Translations under genes and position numbers: made by a program
Shown here: positions 19,530-28,342 of the stretch, piece after piece
How the letters are laid out: each line of letters opens with the position of its first letter
Numbering within the stretch: position 1 is the first letter of the stretch
NCBI RefSeq assembly: GCF_004376175.1
Contig: NZ_SNUY01000029.1
Coordinates: forward strand, 14,056 to 46,055
DNA from: Halalkalibacterium halodurans
GTDB lineage: Bacteria > Bacillota > Bacilli > Bacillales > Bacillaceae_D
Reading direction: 5' to 3'
Length of the DNA stretch: 32,000 bases
Notes under the pieces: model-generated
Seen by the model: the letters and a program-made list of their open reading frames with translations, nothing else
What the model was told of the DNA's origin: nothing
Databases searched by the model: none

Positions 19530-20455
19530 CTGACATAACCTACATCTTTCGCTTTAGCATTGCGAATCCTGCGAACGACTCCAGGCTTAGCTCGCCTTTC
19601 TAATTCAATGCAACGATCAAATGCTTCAATCTCGAGGAGCTCTCGGATCGCTGGTCGTTTACTGACCTCTTCTAGCTCATATCCATGGGCAGTTGTCATC
19701 ACCTTCACTCCTGCATGTAGGGCTTCTTGAATGGCAACACAATCTTCTTTTCGGCCAATTTCATCCACGATGAGCACATCGGGACTCATCGAACGGATCA
19801 TCATCATCATCCCTTCTGCTTTCGGGCAGCCATCCAAAACGTCTACGCGCATACCAAGTTCATGTTGTGGAACTCCTTTGACAGCTGCTGCTATCTCTGA
19901 ACGCTCATCGACGATCCCCACCTTTAATGGTGGAATGCCTTTGCGTGACCATCCGACACTGACAAGCCGTGCAAGGTCTCGTAACAATGTTGTTTTTCCT
20001 GACTGAGGTGGGCCAATAAGCAACGTATTCAACCATCCTTTTTGATAAACGTGGGAAATGAGCGGCTCTGCAGTACCAATTTTTTGCTTCGCAACACGAA
20101 TGTTGAAGGAACTTATGTCACGAACTGTTTTGACATATCCTTTTTCTAGCGTGACCTTACCAGCAAGTCCGACACGATGACCGCCAGCCATTGTAATAAA
20201 GCCACGCTTCAGTTCCTCTTCAAATGCATAAATCGAATAAGCACTTAATTGATTTAATAAAAATTGCGCATCTTTTGTCGTTACGACATATTCACACCCC
20301 TGATGTTCTGGATAATGAGGGAGATGGTTTACAATCACTTCCAATGGACGGTGCACACGAATGCGAATTTCTTCCACATCTTTTTGGATGGACGGTGGTA
20401 GCTTCTTTAACAGTTGACGTATGGTTTCTGGCAACACAGCGAAAATCTCTTGCAC
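19526..20455 (-). CDS. spoIIIAA: Stage III sporulation protein AA (AAA+/secretion-type ATPase)
   Basis: The track ORF is 19526..20500 with a TTG start. I prefer the GTG at 20455, preceded by AAAGGGG at 9-nt spacing, which removes the overlap with yqhV. Walker A is IGPPQSGKTTLLRDLAR and Walker B is VLIVDEIG. Confidence 0.92.
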   Translation of the reverse strand: MQEIFAVLPETIRQLLKKLPPSIQKDVEEIRIRVHRPLEVIVNHLPHYPEHQGCEYVVTTKDAQFLLNQLSAYSIYAFEEELKRGFITMAGGHRVGLAGKVTLEKGYVKTVRDISSFNIRVAKQKIGTAEPLISHVYQKGWLNTLLIGPPQSGKTTLLRDLARLVSVGWSRKGIPPLKVGIVDERSEIAAAVKGVPQHELGMRVDVLDGCPKAEGMMMMIRSMSPDVLIVDEIGRKEDCVAIQEALHAGVKVMTTAHGYELEEVSKRPAIRELLEIEAFDRCIELERRAKPGVVRRIRNAKAKDVGYVS

Positions 20456-20469
20456 CTTGATTCGCCCCT

Positions 20470-20751
20470 TTACTTTCGAATGCCGATTAAAATCAAGCAA
20501 ACGCCCGTACCGATAAACAACAACCGCGTCGGTGACATACGGTCCGCCATACTTAGCAAACCGATCGTGATGGAAGAAAGAAAAATGACCGGCCCAACAA
20601 TGGCAAGCATGGCGTTAATAGCAACCGCTTTTTCTACACTGTTAAGCTTTAACATTAACCCCGCTGCCGTTAATTCAATGAGACCTGATATGATTCTGAG
20701 GCCGACCATCACTAATAAAGCTGTTTCAAACACAAAAAGCCATGATTTCAC
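20470..20751 (-). CDS. yqhV: YqhV-like small membrane protein (DUF2619-type)
   Basis: The 93-aa ORF starts at GTG with GGTGA 6 nt upstream. The segment GLRIISGLIELTAAGLMLKLNSVEKAVAINAMLAIVGPVIF is collinear with B. subtilis YqhV. It lies directly upstream of spoIIIAA. Confidence 0.85.
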   Translation of the reverse strand: MKSWLFVFETALLVMVGLRIISGLIELTAAGLMLKLNSVEKAVAINAMLAIVGPVIFLSSITIGLLSMADRMSPTRLLFIGTGVCLILIGIRK

Positions 20752-20788
20752 AGACTGTCACCTCGAACTTGTACGCTCGTTCTTGTAA

Positions 20789-20818
20789 ACTCTATGATCC
20801 ACTGGACAAGTTGATGAC
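20789..20818 (-). promoter_or_regulatory. Candidate sigma-E (mother-cell) promoter for yqhV-spoIIIA
   Basis: The minus strand reads GTCATCAA (20818-20811), 14 nt, then CATAGAGT (20796-20789). The sigma-E pattern is roughly GTCATATT-N14-CATACAnT. It lies about 40 nt upstream of the yqhV start. Confidence 0.4.
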
Positions 20819-20842
20819 AACCTTTTTATTGTCCAGATCATA

Positions 20843-20871
20843 AGAAAAAGGCTAGGAATGACTCCTAACCT
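20843..20871 (-). terminator. Rho-independent terminator ending an unannotated unit between efp and yqhV
   Basis: The minus strand reads GGUUAGGA-GUCAU-UCCUAGCC followed by UUUUUCUU. The stem is 8-9 bp with one G-U pair. Confidence 0.55.
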
Positions 20872-21090
20872 TGAACGAACGATATTTCGTAGTAAAAACA
20901 GAGAAAAAGCGTTCCATCTCTCATAAACAATGACCCTCTATGGAGTGCTACGTTCGGATGGTTAATTACTAAGACTGCTTAAAAGGACGTGCCAGCCTCC
21001 ACTTTATATTTAAAAAACTTTGGCTTGTCGTCACATCCTACTGCAAAAGCGTTGACCTTTACTCCTTTACAAAAGTTGAATTCTGAAAGT

Positions 21091-21127
21091 AAAAAACCGG
21101 TCATTTTCTCAATGGACCGGTTTTTTT
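21091..21127 (-). terminator. Rho-independent terminator of efp (symmetric, A-run/T-run on both sides)
   Basis: The hairpin is CCGGTC (21097-21102), a 12-nt loop, then GACCGG (21115-21120). It is flanked by A6 and T7 and starts about 10 nt after the efp stop. Confidence 0.75.
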
Positions 21128-21137
21128 ACCCTATTTT

Positions 21138-21695
21138 TTATGCACGAGAGACATAATCACCGCTACGTGTATCGATGACTAGCACATCCCCTTCATTTAC
21201 GAAAAACGGAACTTGAACGGTTAGTCCTGTTTCAAGGGTCGCAGGCTTTGTACCACCAGAAGCTGTATCACCTTTAATACCAGGCTCTGTTTCCGTAACC
21301 GTTAATTCCACGGTATTTGGTACTTCAACGCCAAGTGTTTCCCCTTGGTAGCTAATTACGTGCACTTCCATGTTTTCTTTTAAGAACTTTAATTCATGCT
21401 CAATCTGCGCAGTCGACAGTTCTAATTGTTCAAAAGTTTCATTATCCATGAATGTATGAACATCACCGCTTGCATATAAATATTGCATACGACGGTTTTC
21501 AATATGAGCTTTTGAAACTTTTTCACCGGCACGAAACGTTTTTTCTTGTACCGCACCAGTGCGTAAATTACGAAGTTTGGAACGAACAAAAGCTGCACCT
21601 TTTCCAGGCTTTACGTGTTGAAACTCCATCACTTGCCAAATTCCATTATCCACTTCAATCGTTAAACCTGTTTTAAAATCGTTAACAGAAATCAT
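21138..21695 (-). CDS. efp: Translation elongation factor P
   Basis: The track ORF is 21138..21710. I prefer the ATG at 21695 ([20 protein letters not shown]) with GGAGG 8 nt upstream. The product is 185 aa and near-collinear with B. subtilis Efp, including [15 protein letters not shown]. Confidence 0.96.
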   Translation of the reverse strand: MISVNDFKTGLTIEVDNGIWQVMEFQHVKPGKGAAFVRSKLRNLRTGAVQEKTFRAGEKVSKAHIENRRMQYLYASGDVHTFMDNETFEQLELSTAQIEHELKFLKENMEVHVISYQGETLGVEVPNTVELTVTETEPGIKGDTASGGTKPATLETGLTVQVPFFVNEGDVLVIDTRSGDYVSRA

Positions 21696-21739
21696 ACGTA
21701 ATTCCTCCATCTTCGGTTATAAGCATTTACCCATATGCT

Positions 21740-21768
21740 ACTATACCACAGCTTTTCTCATCTGTTGA
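21740..21768 (-). promoter_or_regulatory. Candidate sigma-A promoter (extended -10) for efp
   Basis: The minus strand reads TCAACA (21768-21763), a 17-nt spacer ending in TGG, then TATAGT (21745-21740). Confidence 0.45.
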
Positions 21769-21844
21769 TGAAAAATTGCAATTGCTTAATTAAGAAAACT
21801 TGTGAGTGATTTCCTGACCTCTCGCGTTCTTAAGAAAAAAGTGA

Positions 21845-22912
21845 TCACTCTCCTACGAACAATAGTTCTTTCGGCGACTTTGTGAGCGAACGGTTCCCTG
21901 ACTCTGTAATCACCGTATCATCTTCAATTCGTGTGCCGCCTACACCCGAGATATAAATACCCGGTTCAACTGTTACGACCATTCCCGGCTTCAACACGGC
22001 CTTTGATTTCATCGATAGTCCCGGCCCTTCATGAACTTCTAATCCTAGCCCGTGTCCGGTCGAATGACCGAAATATTCACCATATCCCTTGGCTGTAATG
22101 TGATCTCTCGTTAGGGCATCAGCTTCTTTCCCTGTTATTCCTGGCTTGATACCTTCCATCCCTTTTAATTGGGCTTCAAGAACCGTATCGTAGATTTTTC
22201 GCAATTCATCGTTAATGTCACCGACGGCCACAGTCCGAGTAATATCGGAGCAATATCCTTTATAGTAAGCACCGAAATCCAAGGTAACAAGCTCCCCTTT
22301 CTCGATGACCTTGTCACTAGCAACACCATGGGGCAATGCAGAGCGATAACCAGATGCGACGATAATGTCGAACGATGAACTCTCCGCTCCTTGTTTTCGC
22401 ATAAAAAATTCAAGCTCATTCGCTACTTCACGTTCTGTTACTCCCGCTCGTATGTATGATGTAATATGGGCAAATGCAGCGTCAGCAATATTCGCAGCCT
22501 CCTGCATTATCTGAAGCTCCGTTTCATCTTTAATCAAACGAATGTTTTCAACAAGTCCAGCAACCGGAACTAGTTCGCTATCTACAAGTTTATTGAGCAG
22601 CTCGTATGTTTCAAATGTGAGATGACTTTTTTCAAATCCTAGCTTTTGAATACCGAGCTTCTTCGCTTGGTTAGCTATTTCTTCAAAAATAGTTCCCGTA
22701 TGTTTTACAATATCAAACCCTCGTGCTTGTTCCTCAGCCTGCTCCACGTAGCGGAAGTCGGTAATGAAAATGGCCGCTCCTCCCGTTACGATCGCCGCAC
22801 CGGCCGTCCCCGTAAATTCGGTGACATATCGTCGATTATACGGACTCATAATTAAAAGACCGTCAAAATCATGTTCATGAATAGCTGCACGAATACGCTC
22901 TAAACGATTCAT
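21845..22912 (-). CDS. yqhT: M24-family Xaa-Pro aminopeptidase/dipeptidase (YqhT-like)
   Basis: The 355-aa ORF has metal-ligand contexts DFGAYYKGYCSDITRT, HSTGHGLGLEVHE and VEPGIYI..GGTRIED. It overlaps the aroQ stop by 4 nt. Confidence 0.93.
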   Translation of the reverse strand: MNRLERIRAAIHEHDFDGLLIMSPYNRRYVTEFTGTAGAAIVTGGAAIFITDFRYVEQAEEQARGFDIVKHTGTIFEEIANQAKKLGIQKLGFEKSHLTFETYELLNKLVDSELVPVAGLVENIRLIKDETELQIMQEAANIADAAFAHITSYIRAGVTEREVANELEFFMRKQGAESSSFDIIVASGYRSALPHGVASDKVIEKGELVTLDFGAYYKGYCSDITRTVAVGDINDELRKIYDTVLEAQLKGMEGIKPGITGKEADALTRDHITAKGYGEYFGHSTGHGLGLEVHEGPGLSMKSKAVLKPGMVVTVEPGIYISGVGGTRIEDDTVITESGNRSLTKSPKELLFVGE

Positions 22913-23346
22913 TTTTTTTCCCCCTCCAATAGAGCAAGCATTGCCAATTCATAGCCGATAACCCCTAAGCCAACAATTTGTCCTTTTGTCACTGGAGCTG
23001 TGACAGATGTATGACGAAACGACTCCCGCGCATGGACATTGGATAAGTGAACTTCTATGACAGGAACTGATATGCTCGCAATTGCATCACGAATAGCATA
23101 GCTATAGTGGGTAAACGCACCTGGATTAAGAATAACTCCACTTGACCGCCCTTCAGCCTCATGAATCCAATCAATGATGTCACCTTCATGATTGGATTGC
23201 CGACAGTCAGCCTTATACCCTCGTGCTTCTGCAAACTTGATAAGGCGTTCATGCAAATCTGACAAGGTTTCACGGCCGTAAATGTCAGGCTCTCGCTTCC
23301 CTAAACGATTTAAGTTCGGTCCATTAATGACCATAATCGTCTCCAC
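22909..23346 (-). CDS. aroQ: Type II 3-dehydroquinate dehydratase
   Basis: The 145-aa ORF reads INGPNLNRLGKREPDIYG...QSNHEGDIIDWIHEA...ILNPGAFTHYSYAIRDA...EVHLSNVHARE, the canonical AroQ motifs. Confidence 0.93.
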   Translation of the reverse strand: METIMVINGPNLNRLGKREPDIYGRETLSDLHERLIKFAEARGYKADCRQSNHEGDIIDWIHEAEGRSSGVILNPGAFTHYSYAIRDAIASISVPVIEVHLSNVHARESFRHTSVTAPVTKGQIVGLGVIGYELAMLALLEGEKK

Positions 23347-23442
23347 TCTTTTGCCCTCCTTTTTCTACGCATCATCACAGACATATAGAGTCATTGTAGC
23401 ATAGGAGGGAAAAGTTGGCGAAAGGGAAGAAATGCCCACAGC

Positions 23443-23931
23443 TTATTGTTGCTGCTCTGCATATTCATAAGAGATGGAGAATCCGATAAAAGCACCGTAA
23501 AGAGCATAAAGGCATAATGTCGTAATAATCGTATTGAAATCTAAATGCTGGACCGTTTTTAAACCTGGAAAAATCGGATTGAGCACGTAAAAAACAATCA
23601 ACCAAAGAATGAGCCCAAACCCTACTCCTGCCCATATAGAAAGAACTTTTGCTAAAATCGCCCGATACAAAAAAGCAACAGCAATGGATAGGAGTCCAAT
23701 CGCAATTACCCCAATAAGCTGACCGATGTACGTCTCCTTCCAGTCACCTAACGCCCAAGGCATTAAGATTAATGCTGGACCGATTCGTACGAAGTTAAAG
23801 TAAAATGCCAAGTATCCGAGCAGGGACCAAAAAACTCCGCCTACAAAGCCGATGATCACTACCTTCGTTCCGTACGTCATTTGTTGCTCTCGTTTGCTTT
23901 GCTCCAATCGCTCTTCACTCATAGGAAGCAC
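23443..23931 (-). CDS. yqhR: YqhR-like integral membrane protein
   Basis: The 162-aa ORF has four hydrophobic segments. Its position upstream of aroQ and divergent from yqhQ matches B. subtilis yqhR. The call rests mainly on synteny. Confidence 0.7.
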   Translation of the reverse strand: MLPMSEERLEQSKREQQMTYGTKVVIIGFVGGVFWSLLGYLAFYFNFVRIGPALILMPWALGDWKETYIGQLIGVIAIGLLSIAVAFLYRAILAKVLSIWAGVGFGLILWLIVFYVLNPIFPGLKTVQHLDFNTIITTLCLYALYGAFIGFSISYEYAEQQQ

Positions 23932-24127
23932 CTCCCGTTCGTAGTATATCCAAGAGGGAATCGCTCCACTCGTTTGGAATAAAAGGGCATTTTTTTGTTT
24001 AGTCTATAAATAGTCATTCATCCTTTTTATTCCCTAACATAGAGGTTTTTGTGTGTTTGATGTAAAATAAAAGAGGGAATATATTTTTTGAAGCAAATGA
24101 TTTGCTGCAGATAGGTTGGTGACACAT

Positions 24128-25105
24128 ATGGCACAACAGGAAAAGCCAGCGTACGGTGGTCAAGCCGTTATTGAAGGCGTCATGTTTGGTGGGAAACATA
24201 CGACGTTAACGACCATCCGGCGCATCGATGGATCATATGATTATTTAGAAGTAAAGAAAGAAACGAAACCTTGGATACAATCACTAAAAAAAATTCCGTT
24301 CATCCGTGGGGTTGTTGGGATTTTGGAAGCAAGTAGCTACGGGACAAAGCATTTAAACTTCTCAACAGATCGCTATGAAGTCGATCCAAAAGAGGATGAT
24401 CAAATTGTCCCTGAAGAGAAAAAATCTAAACTCGCCATGATTTTTGGAGTCGCTGCGATTGGAATTTTATCGTTTCTTTTCGGGAAATTCATTTTCACAC
24501 TCGTTCCAGTATTTCTCGCAGAAACGTTAAGTTTTCTTTTCCCTGGTCATGTTGCGCAAAACTTGCTTGAAGGCCTGTTTAAACTCATTTTATTGCTCAC
24601 ATATATTTATGCTATCTCCTTTACTCCGCTCATTCGAAAAGTTTTCCAATACCATGGGGCCGAGCATAAAGTGATCAATGCGTATGAGCGGGGCCTGCCG
24701 TTAACAGTTGAAAATGTGCAACAGCAATCACGCTTGCATTATCGCTGCGGAAGTAGCTTTATTCTCTTTACCGTGATCGTCGGTGTTTTTGTTTACTTGC
24801 TCGTCCCATTCGATAACTTATGGGAACGGGTCATTCATCGACTCGCATTGCTTCCCGTTGTATTAGGTACCTCATATGAAGTATTGCAATTAACGAATAA
24901 AGTTCGCCACGTTCCTGTTCTCCGTTTCCTTGGCTACCCTGGGCTCTGGCTTCAATTGTTAACAACAAAGGAGCCGAAGGATGACCAGGTTGAAGTTGCG
25001 ATTCATTCGTTTGAAGAGATGCTGAAACGAGAACAATCGTATGAAGCAAGCCTGTCTGCCCCATCGTCCGACAGGCAAGCAATGAACGCATTAGAATCAA
25101 GTTAG
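24128..25105 (+). CDS. yqhQ: YqhQ-like membrane protein (DUF1385 family)
   Basis: The track ORF is 24116..25105 with a TTG start. I prefer the ATG at 24128. The segments YGGQAVIEGVMFGGKH and FQYHGAEHKVINAYE are characteristic of DUF1385/YqhQ. Confidence 0.85.
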   Translation: MAQQEKPAYGGQAVIEGVMFGGKHTTLTTIRRIDGSYDYLEVKKETKPWIQSLKKIPFIRGVVGILEASSYGTKHLNFSTDRYEVDPKEDDQIVPEEKKSKLAMIFGVAAIGILSFLFGKFIFTLVPVFLAETLSFLFPGHVAQNLLEGLFKLILLLTYIYAISFTPLIRKVFQYHGAEHKVINAYERGLPLTVENVQQQSRLHYRCGSSFILFTVIVGVFVYLLVPFDNLWERVIHRLALLPVVLGTSYEVLQLTNKVRHVPVLRFLGYPGLWLQLLTTKEPKDDQVEVAIHSFEEMLKREQSYEASLSAPSSDRQAMNALESS

Positions 25106-25132
25106 TTAATTTACGGTTGGAGGTGATTAGCC

Positions 25133-25543
25133 TTGCATCGTACGTTCCATCCCCTCGTACTTCTCGTTATAGGGTTAGCGATTGTTGGGTTTGTCACGAT
25201 GTTATTTACGAATCCATTAGGGCTCTTGCGTCAACTCATCATGGTTGCCGTCATTGCGGCCATCATCTATTTCGTCTTTCGTTGGATCGTATCAAGGCGG
25301 TATGGTAGCCCCGTAAAAGGCCAGGGGGCTAACCGCCCAACGGCCGCACAAATTCGCAAAGCGAAACGAACAAGCACGGTGCAAAAACAAAAAGAGGGTA
25401 AGTCCTTCGGAATGTTTTCTGACCGGACCCCATCCTCAACCAAAAGAAAGAAATCCCCTGCTCTAAAGCGCCGGGATGAGAATCCGCACCTCACCGTCAT
25501 CGAAGGTAAGAAAAACAAAAAGAAAAACCGGGCCCTTTTTTAA
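25133..25543 (+). CDS. yqhP: YqhP-like small membrane protein with basic C-terminal tail
   Basis: The 136-aa ORF starts at TTG with GGAGGTGA 6 nt upstream. It has two N-terminal TM segments and then a Lys/Arg-rich tail. The call rests on synteny after yqhQ. Confidence 0.65.
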   Translation: MHRTFHPLVLLVIGLAIVGFVTMLFTNPLGLLRQLIMVAVIAAIIYFVFRWIVSRRYGSPVKGQGANRPTAAQIRKAKRTSTVQKQKEGKSFGMFSDRTPSSTKRKKSPALKRRDENPHLTVIEGKKNKKKNRALF

Positions 25544-25548
25544 CCGTT

Positions 25549-25583
25549 AAAGGAGGCTAAATCCTACGGGGATCGCCTCCTTT
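25549..25583. terminator. Bidirectional terminator hairpin between convergent yqhP and yqhO
   Basis: AAAGGAGGC (25549-25557) and GCCTCCTTT (25575-25583) form a perfect 9-bp stem with a 17-nt loop, between two convergent stops. Confidence 0.6.
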
Positions 25584-25585
25584 CT

Positions 25586-26476
25586 TCATGACCATGTTGA
25601 CAAAAATTGCAATGTTTCTTCTCTACCTAATTGGACTAGGGCCTTCTTTTGAGCTTCGTCCAAATCGAAGTCAGTTGCTTTGACGGATTGGACAGGAATA
25701 AAGACAATGTTCTTCGCATGATCCTTGGCAATATAGCGAAGATCATGAGCCCGAATCATCGTATCGAACAATGATTGATACAAATCCACCGCATTGTTGA
25801 TTAAATGGGGCGCCATTTCTTCAAGCCCTGGTGTTAGTTGAAAGCCAATGACAGGTCGCTTTAACGGCTGTTTTTTCCGATTGTGAAACAACCAAATCGG
25901 GAAGTTACTTAAAATTCCACCATCCACAACATAAGAACGCTCACCTCTCCGCTTACGATTGTACAACTTCACCGGCTGAAAAAAGTATGGAATTCCACAG
26001 CTCATCCTCACAGCACGCGCCACAGAGAAACGTTCAGGGATAAGACCATAATCCTTTAAATCGTCGGGGAGAACGATCAACCTCCCACGGGAAATATCAG
26101 AAGCGACAATTTTCAAAGCCCCCTTCGGTAAATCGGCGAACGTTGATACTCCTTTATGGCCTAGTACTTGAATTAACCACTTTTCTAGTTGGTCCCCTTT
26201 GTACATGCCGAGCTTAAAATAAAGGCGCAACCATTTTGCAAACGGGAAAGGCATGACTTTTCCGCCGTCTTTAAACATTTTTCCGTCTAGCTGTTCCATA
26301 ATGGAAAAAAGCTCGTCACTTCGATAACCTGAGCATACGAGGGAAGCGAAAATCGCCCCTGCACTCGTTCCTGCCACCCGGGTAAATGAAAACCCATTCT
26401 CCTCTAAGACTTGCAATGCACCGATAAAAGCGAATGCTTTAACGCCACCACCAGCAAAAACACCATCCACATTCAT
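25586..26476 (-). CDS. yqhO: Patatin-like phospholipase (YqhO-like)
   Basis: The 296-aa ORF has the oxyanion motif GGGVKAFAFIGAL, the nucleophile elbow GTSAGA and a later DGG motif (VVDGGILSNFP). Confidence 0.88.
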   Translation of the reverse strand: MNVDGVFAGGGVKAFAFIGALQVLEENGFSFTRVAGTSAGAIFASLVCSGYRSDELFSIMEQLDGKMFKDGGKVMPFPFAKWLRLYFKLGMYKGDQLEKWLIQVLGHKGVSTFADLPKGALKIVASDISRGRLIVLPDDLKDYGLIPERFSVARAVRMSCGIPYFFQPVKLYNRKRRGERSYVVDGGILSNFPIWLFHNRKKQPLKRPVIGFQLTPGLEEMAPHLINNAVDLYQSLFDTMIRAHDLRYIAKDHAKNIVFIPVQSVKATDFDLDEAQKKALVQLGREETLQFLSTWS

Positions 26477-26686
26477 CGTTCACGCCCCCTCCCCTATCAT
26501 CATATGACAGAGGACGACAGCACTTTCAAAAAATACAGTGTAAACAATAGAGTAGCTCGGCCTTTTCTCAACTCCCTTCATCAACCATTGATAGCCAAAA
26601 CGTTTCAAAACCCGATATCATGTTTAACCTTATGTTAAAGTAGAAATCTGATATGAGCCAATGCATAGTAGTCGTGAACGATTCCC

Positions 26687-26714
26687 TTGACATCATTAAA
26701 AGCTTTCATATACA
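26687..26714 (+). promoter_or_regulatory. Candidate sigma-A promoter for the esterase gene
   Basis: TTGACA (26687-26692), 16 nt, then TATACA (26709-26714). It lies about 60 nt upstream of the AAAGGAG RBS and ATG at 26772. Confidence 0.4.
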
Positions 26715-26771
26715 TTCATTTCAATTACTACTATTGAAAACTCTCTAAATGCTTTACTTAGTAAGAAAGGA

Positions 26772-27746
26772 GTGATTACGATGGACCGTCAGACAATTGC
26801 CCAAAAGTTTCAAGAACGTATTCTCGGTCTCTTATTTTACCCTTATCACTCACGAATACTTCAAACATTTACCCAAAAATGGCGGGACCGAATCGACCGT
26901 GACAGAAGCAATGCACTCGAACCGAGCACCATCCCTTTTGTCCAACGAGAAGAAAAAATTCTCCCTACCTCGTATGGTGGAACTCGCGTGCTCATCTACC
27001 GCCATGATAAAACATTAAATAGCTAAATACCAGTATATGTAAACATGCACGGTGGCGGTTTCGTCATGGGAAATGCGGAGATGGATGACGTTTGGTGTAG
27101 AGTCATAGCTGATCGTGCCAATTGTGTAGTGGTCAATATTGATTACAGGCTCGCACCACAGCATAAATTTCCAACTGCTGTTTATGAATGTTATGAGGTG
27201 GTCCAATGGCTTGTCGACCATCCTGAGCAATTCTCCATCACCCCTCAGAAAGTAGCCATTGGCGGTCATAGTGCTGGAGGTAACTTAGCTACGGCTGTCT
27301 GTCTGTTAAATTTAGAACGAGGAAATGAACTTCCAATCATCTACCAAATAATCGACTATGCACCGCTTGACTTACATACAGACCCAGCTCTGAAGCCATC
27401 ATTCAAGGACGCAATCCCAGTAAAGATGGCAAGGCTATTTAATGCTTCTTATGTAGAGACTGAGGAAGATGCCCGCAACCCATTAGCGTCTCCTCTTTTT
27501 GCTGAGTCGCTTCAAGGATTGCCAGATGCGCTAGTGATTACTGCTGAGCATGATTCGCTTGCGGCCGAGGGGGAGCAATATGCGGAAAGATTAAAACAAG
27601 CTGGTGTGAAGGTGACATACAAGGACTATAAAGGAATGCCCCATGGGTTTACTCATGTCGGTGACCTAGCGGTAGCAGAACACGCTTGGCATCTCATGTG
27701 CGACAAGTTAAAGGAAGCGTTTTCAAAGTCCTGCGAGCCTATGTAA
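26772..27746 (+). pseudogene. HSL-family (family IV) alpha/beta-hydrolase esterase/lipase interrupted by an in-frame TAA
   Basis: Track ORFs 26772..27026 and 27045..27746 are in the same frame, separated only by TAA at 27024-27026. The read-through is ...GGTRVLIYRHDKTLNS*IPVYVNMHGGGFVMGN. The downstream part has HGGG, the nucleophile GGHSAGGNLA, and the later EHDSL and MPHGF motifs. Confidence 0.75.
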
Positions 27747-27776
27747 ACATGCTCTACTTCCTTTACTTACAGAAAA

Positions 27777-27801
27777 AGCTGCTGAGTTCAACTCAGCAGC
27801 T
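27777..27801 (-). terminator. Terminator hairpin at the mntR 3' end (possibly bidirectional with the esterase gene)
   Basis: AGCTGCTGAGT (27777-27787) and ACTCAGCAGCT (27791-27801) form an 11-bp perfect stem. The minus strand is followed by TTTTTCTG. The hairpin overlaps the mntR stop codon. Confidence 0.6.
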
Positions 27802-28219
27802 ATTCTTCGTTTTTTTTCTGAACTTCCCGCAAGTCATTCAACCTGGATGGATCTTCTTGAAAATACTGGACAAGATCACCGATCCGATCAATGGCATCCC
27901 AGCTAAGATGATGCTCGATTCCTTCCACATCTTCGTATATATGGTCACTGTCGACACCAATCATTTTTAGAAAGTCTTCCAACAAATCATGGCGATACAC
28001 GAGTCGTTTGCCAATTTTCTTTCCTTTTGCCGTTAAAATAAGGCCTCGATAGCGTTCATAAACTAAATAATCGCTTTTATCCAGCTTCTGAACCATTTTT
28101 GTAACAGATGAAGGGTGCACCTCCAATGCCTCGGCAATATCGGATACACGAGCATACCCTTTTTCTTCAATTAGTAAATAAATTCGTTCCAAATAATCTT
28201 CCATGCTTGGCGTTGGCAT
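27800..28219 (-). CDS. mntR: Manganese transport regulator MntR (DtxR family)
   Basis: The track ORF is 27800..28243. I prefer the ATG at 28219 ([47 protein letters not shown]), which is nearly identical in register to B. subtilis MntR. GGAGGGGA lies upstream. Confidence 0.93.
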
Positions 28220-28342
28220 GTGGTCCCCTCCAATTTCAAACAACAGCTACACTCTGTCTTCTAAAATCCTTTGCTTTGCTACACTCGAGAAATTATTGCA
28301 ACAATATAATTTTACTATAGATAACCAAATAGAACAATCATC

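Noticed and set aside
20975-20995. Sigma-54-like TGGCAC on the minus strand (20994-20989) within the efp-yqhV intergenic unit
   Set aside because: The -12 element is absent: TTTAA occurs where TTGC is expected after 5 nt. No enhancer-binding protein gene or plausible target lies downstream.
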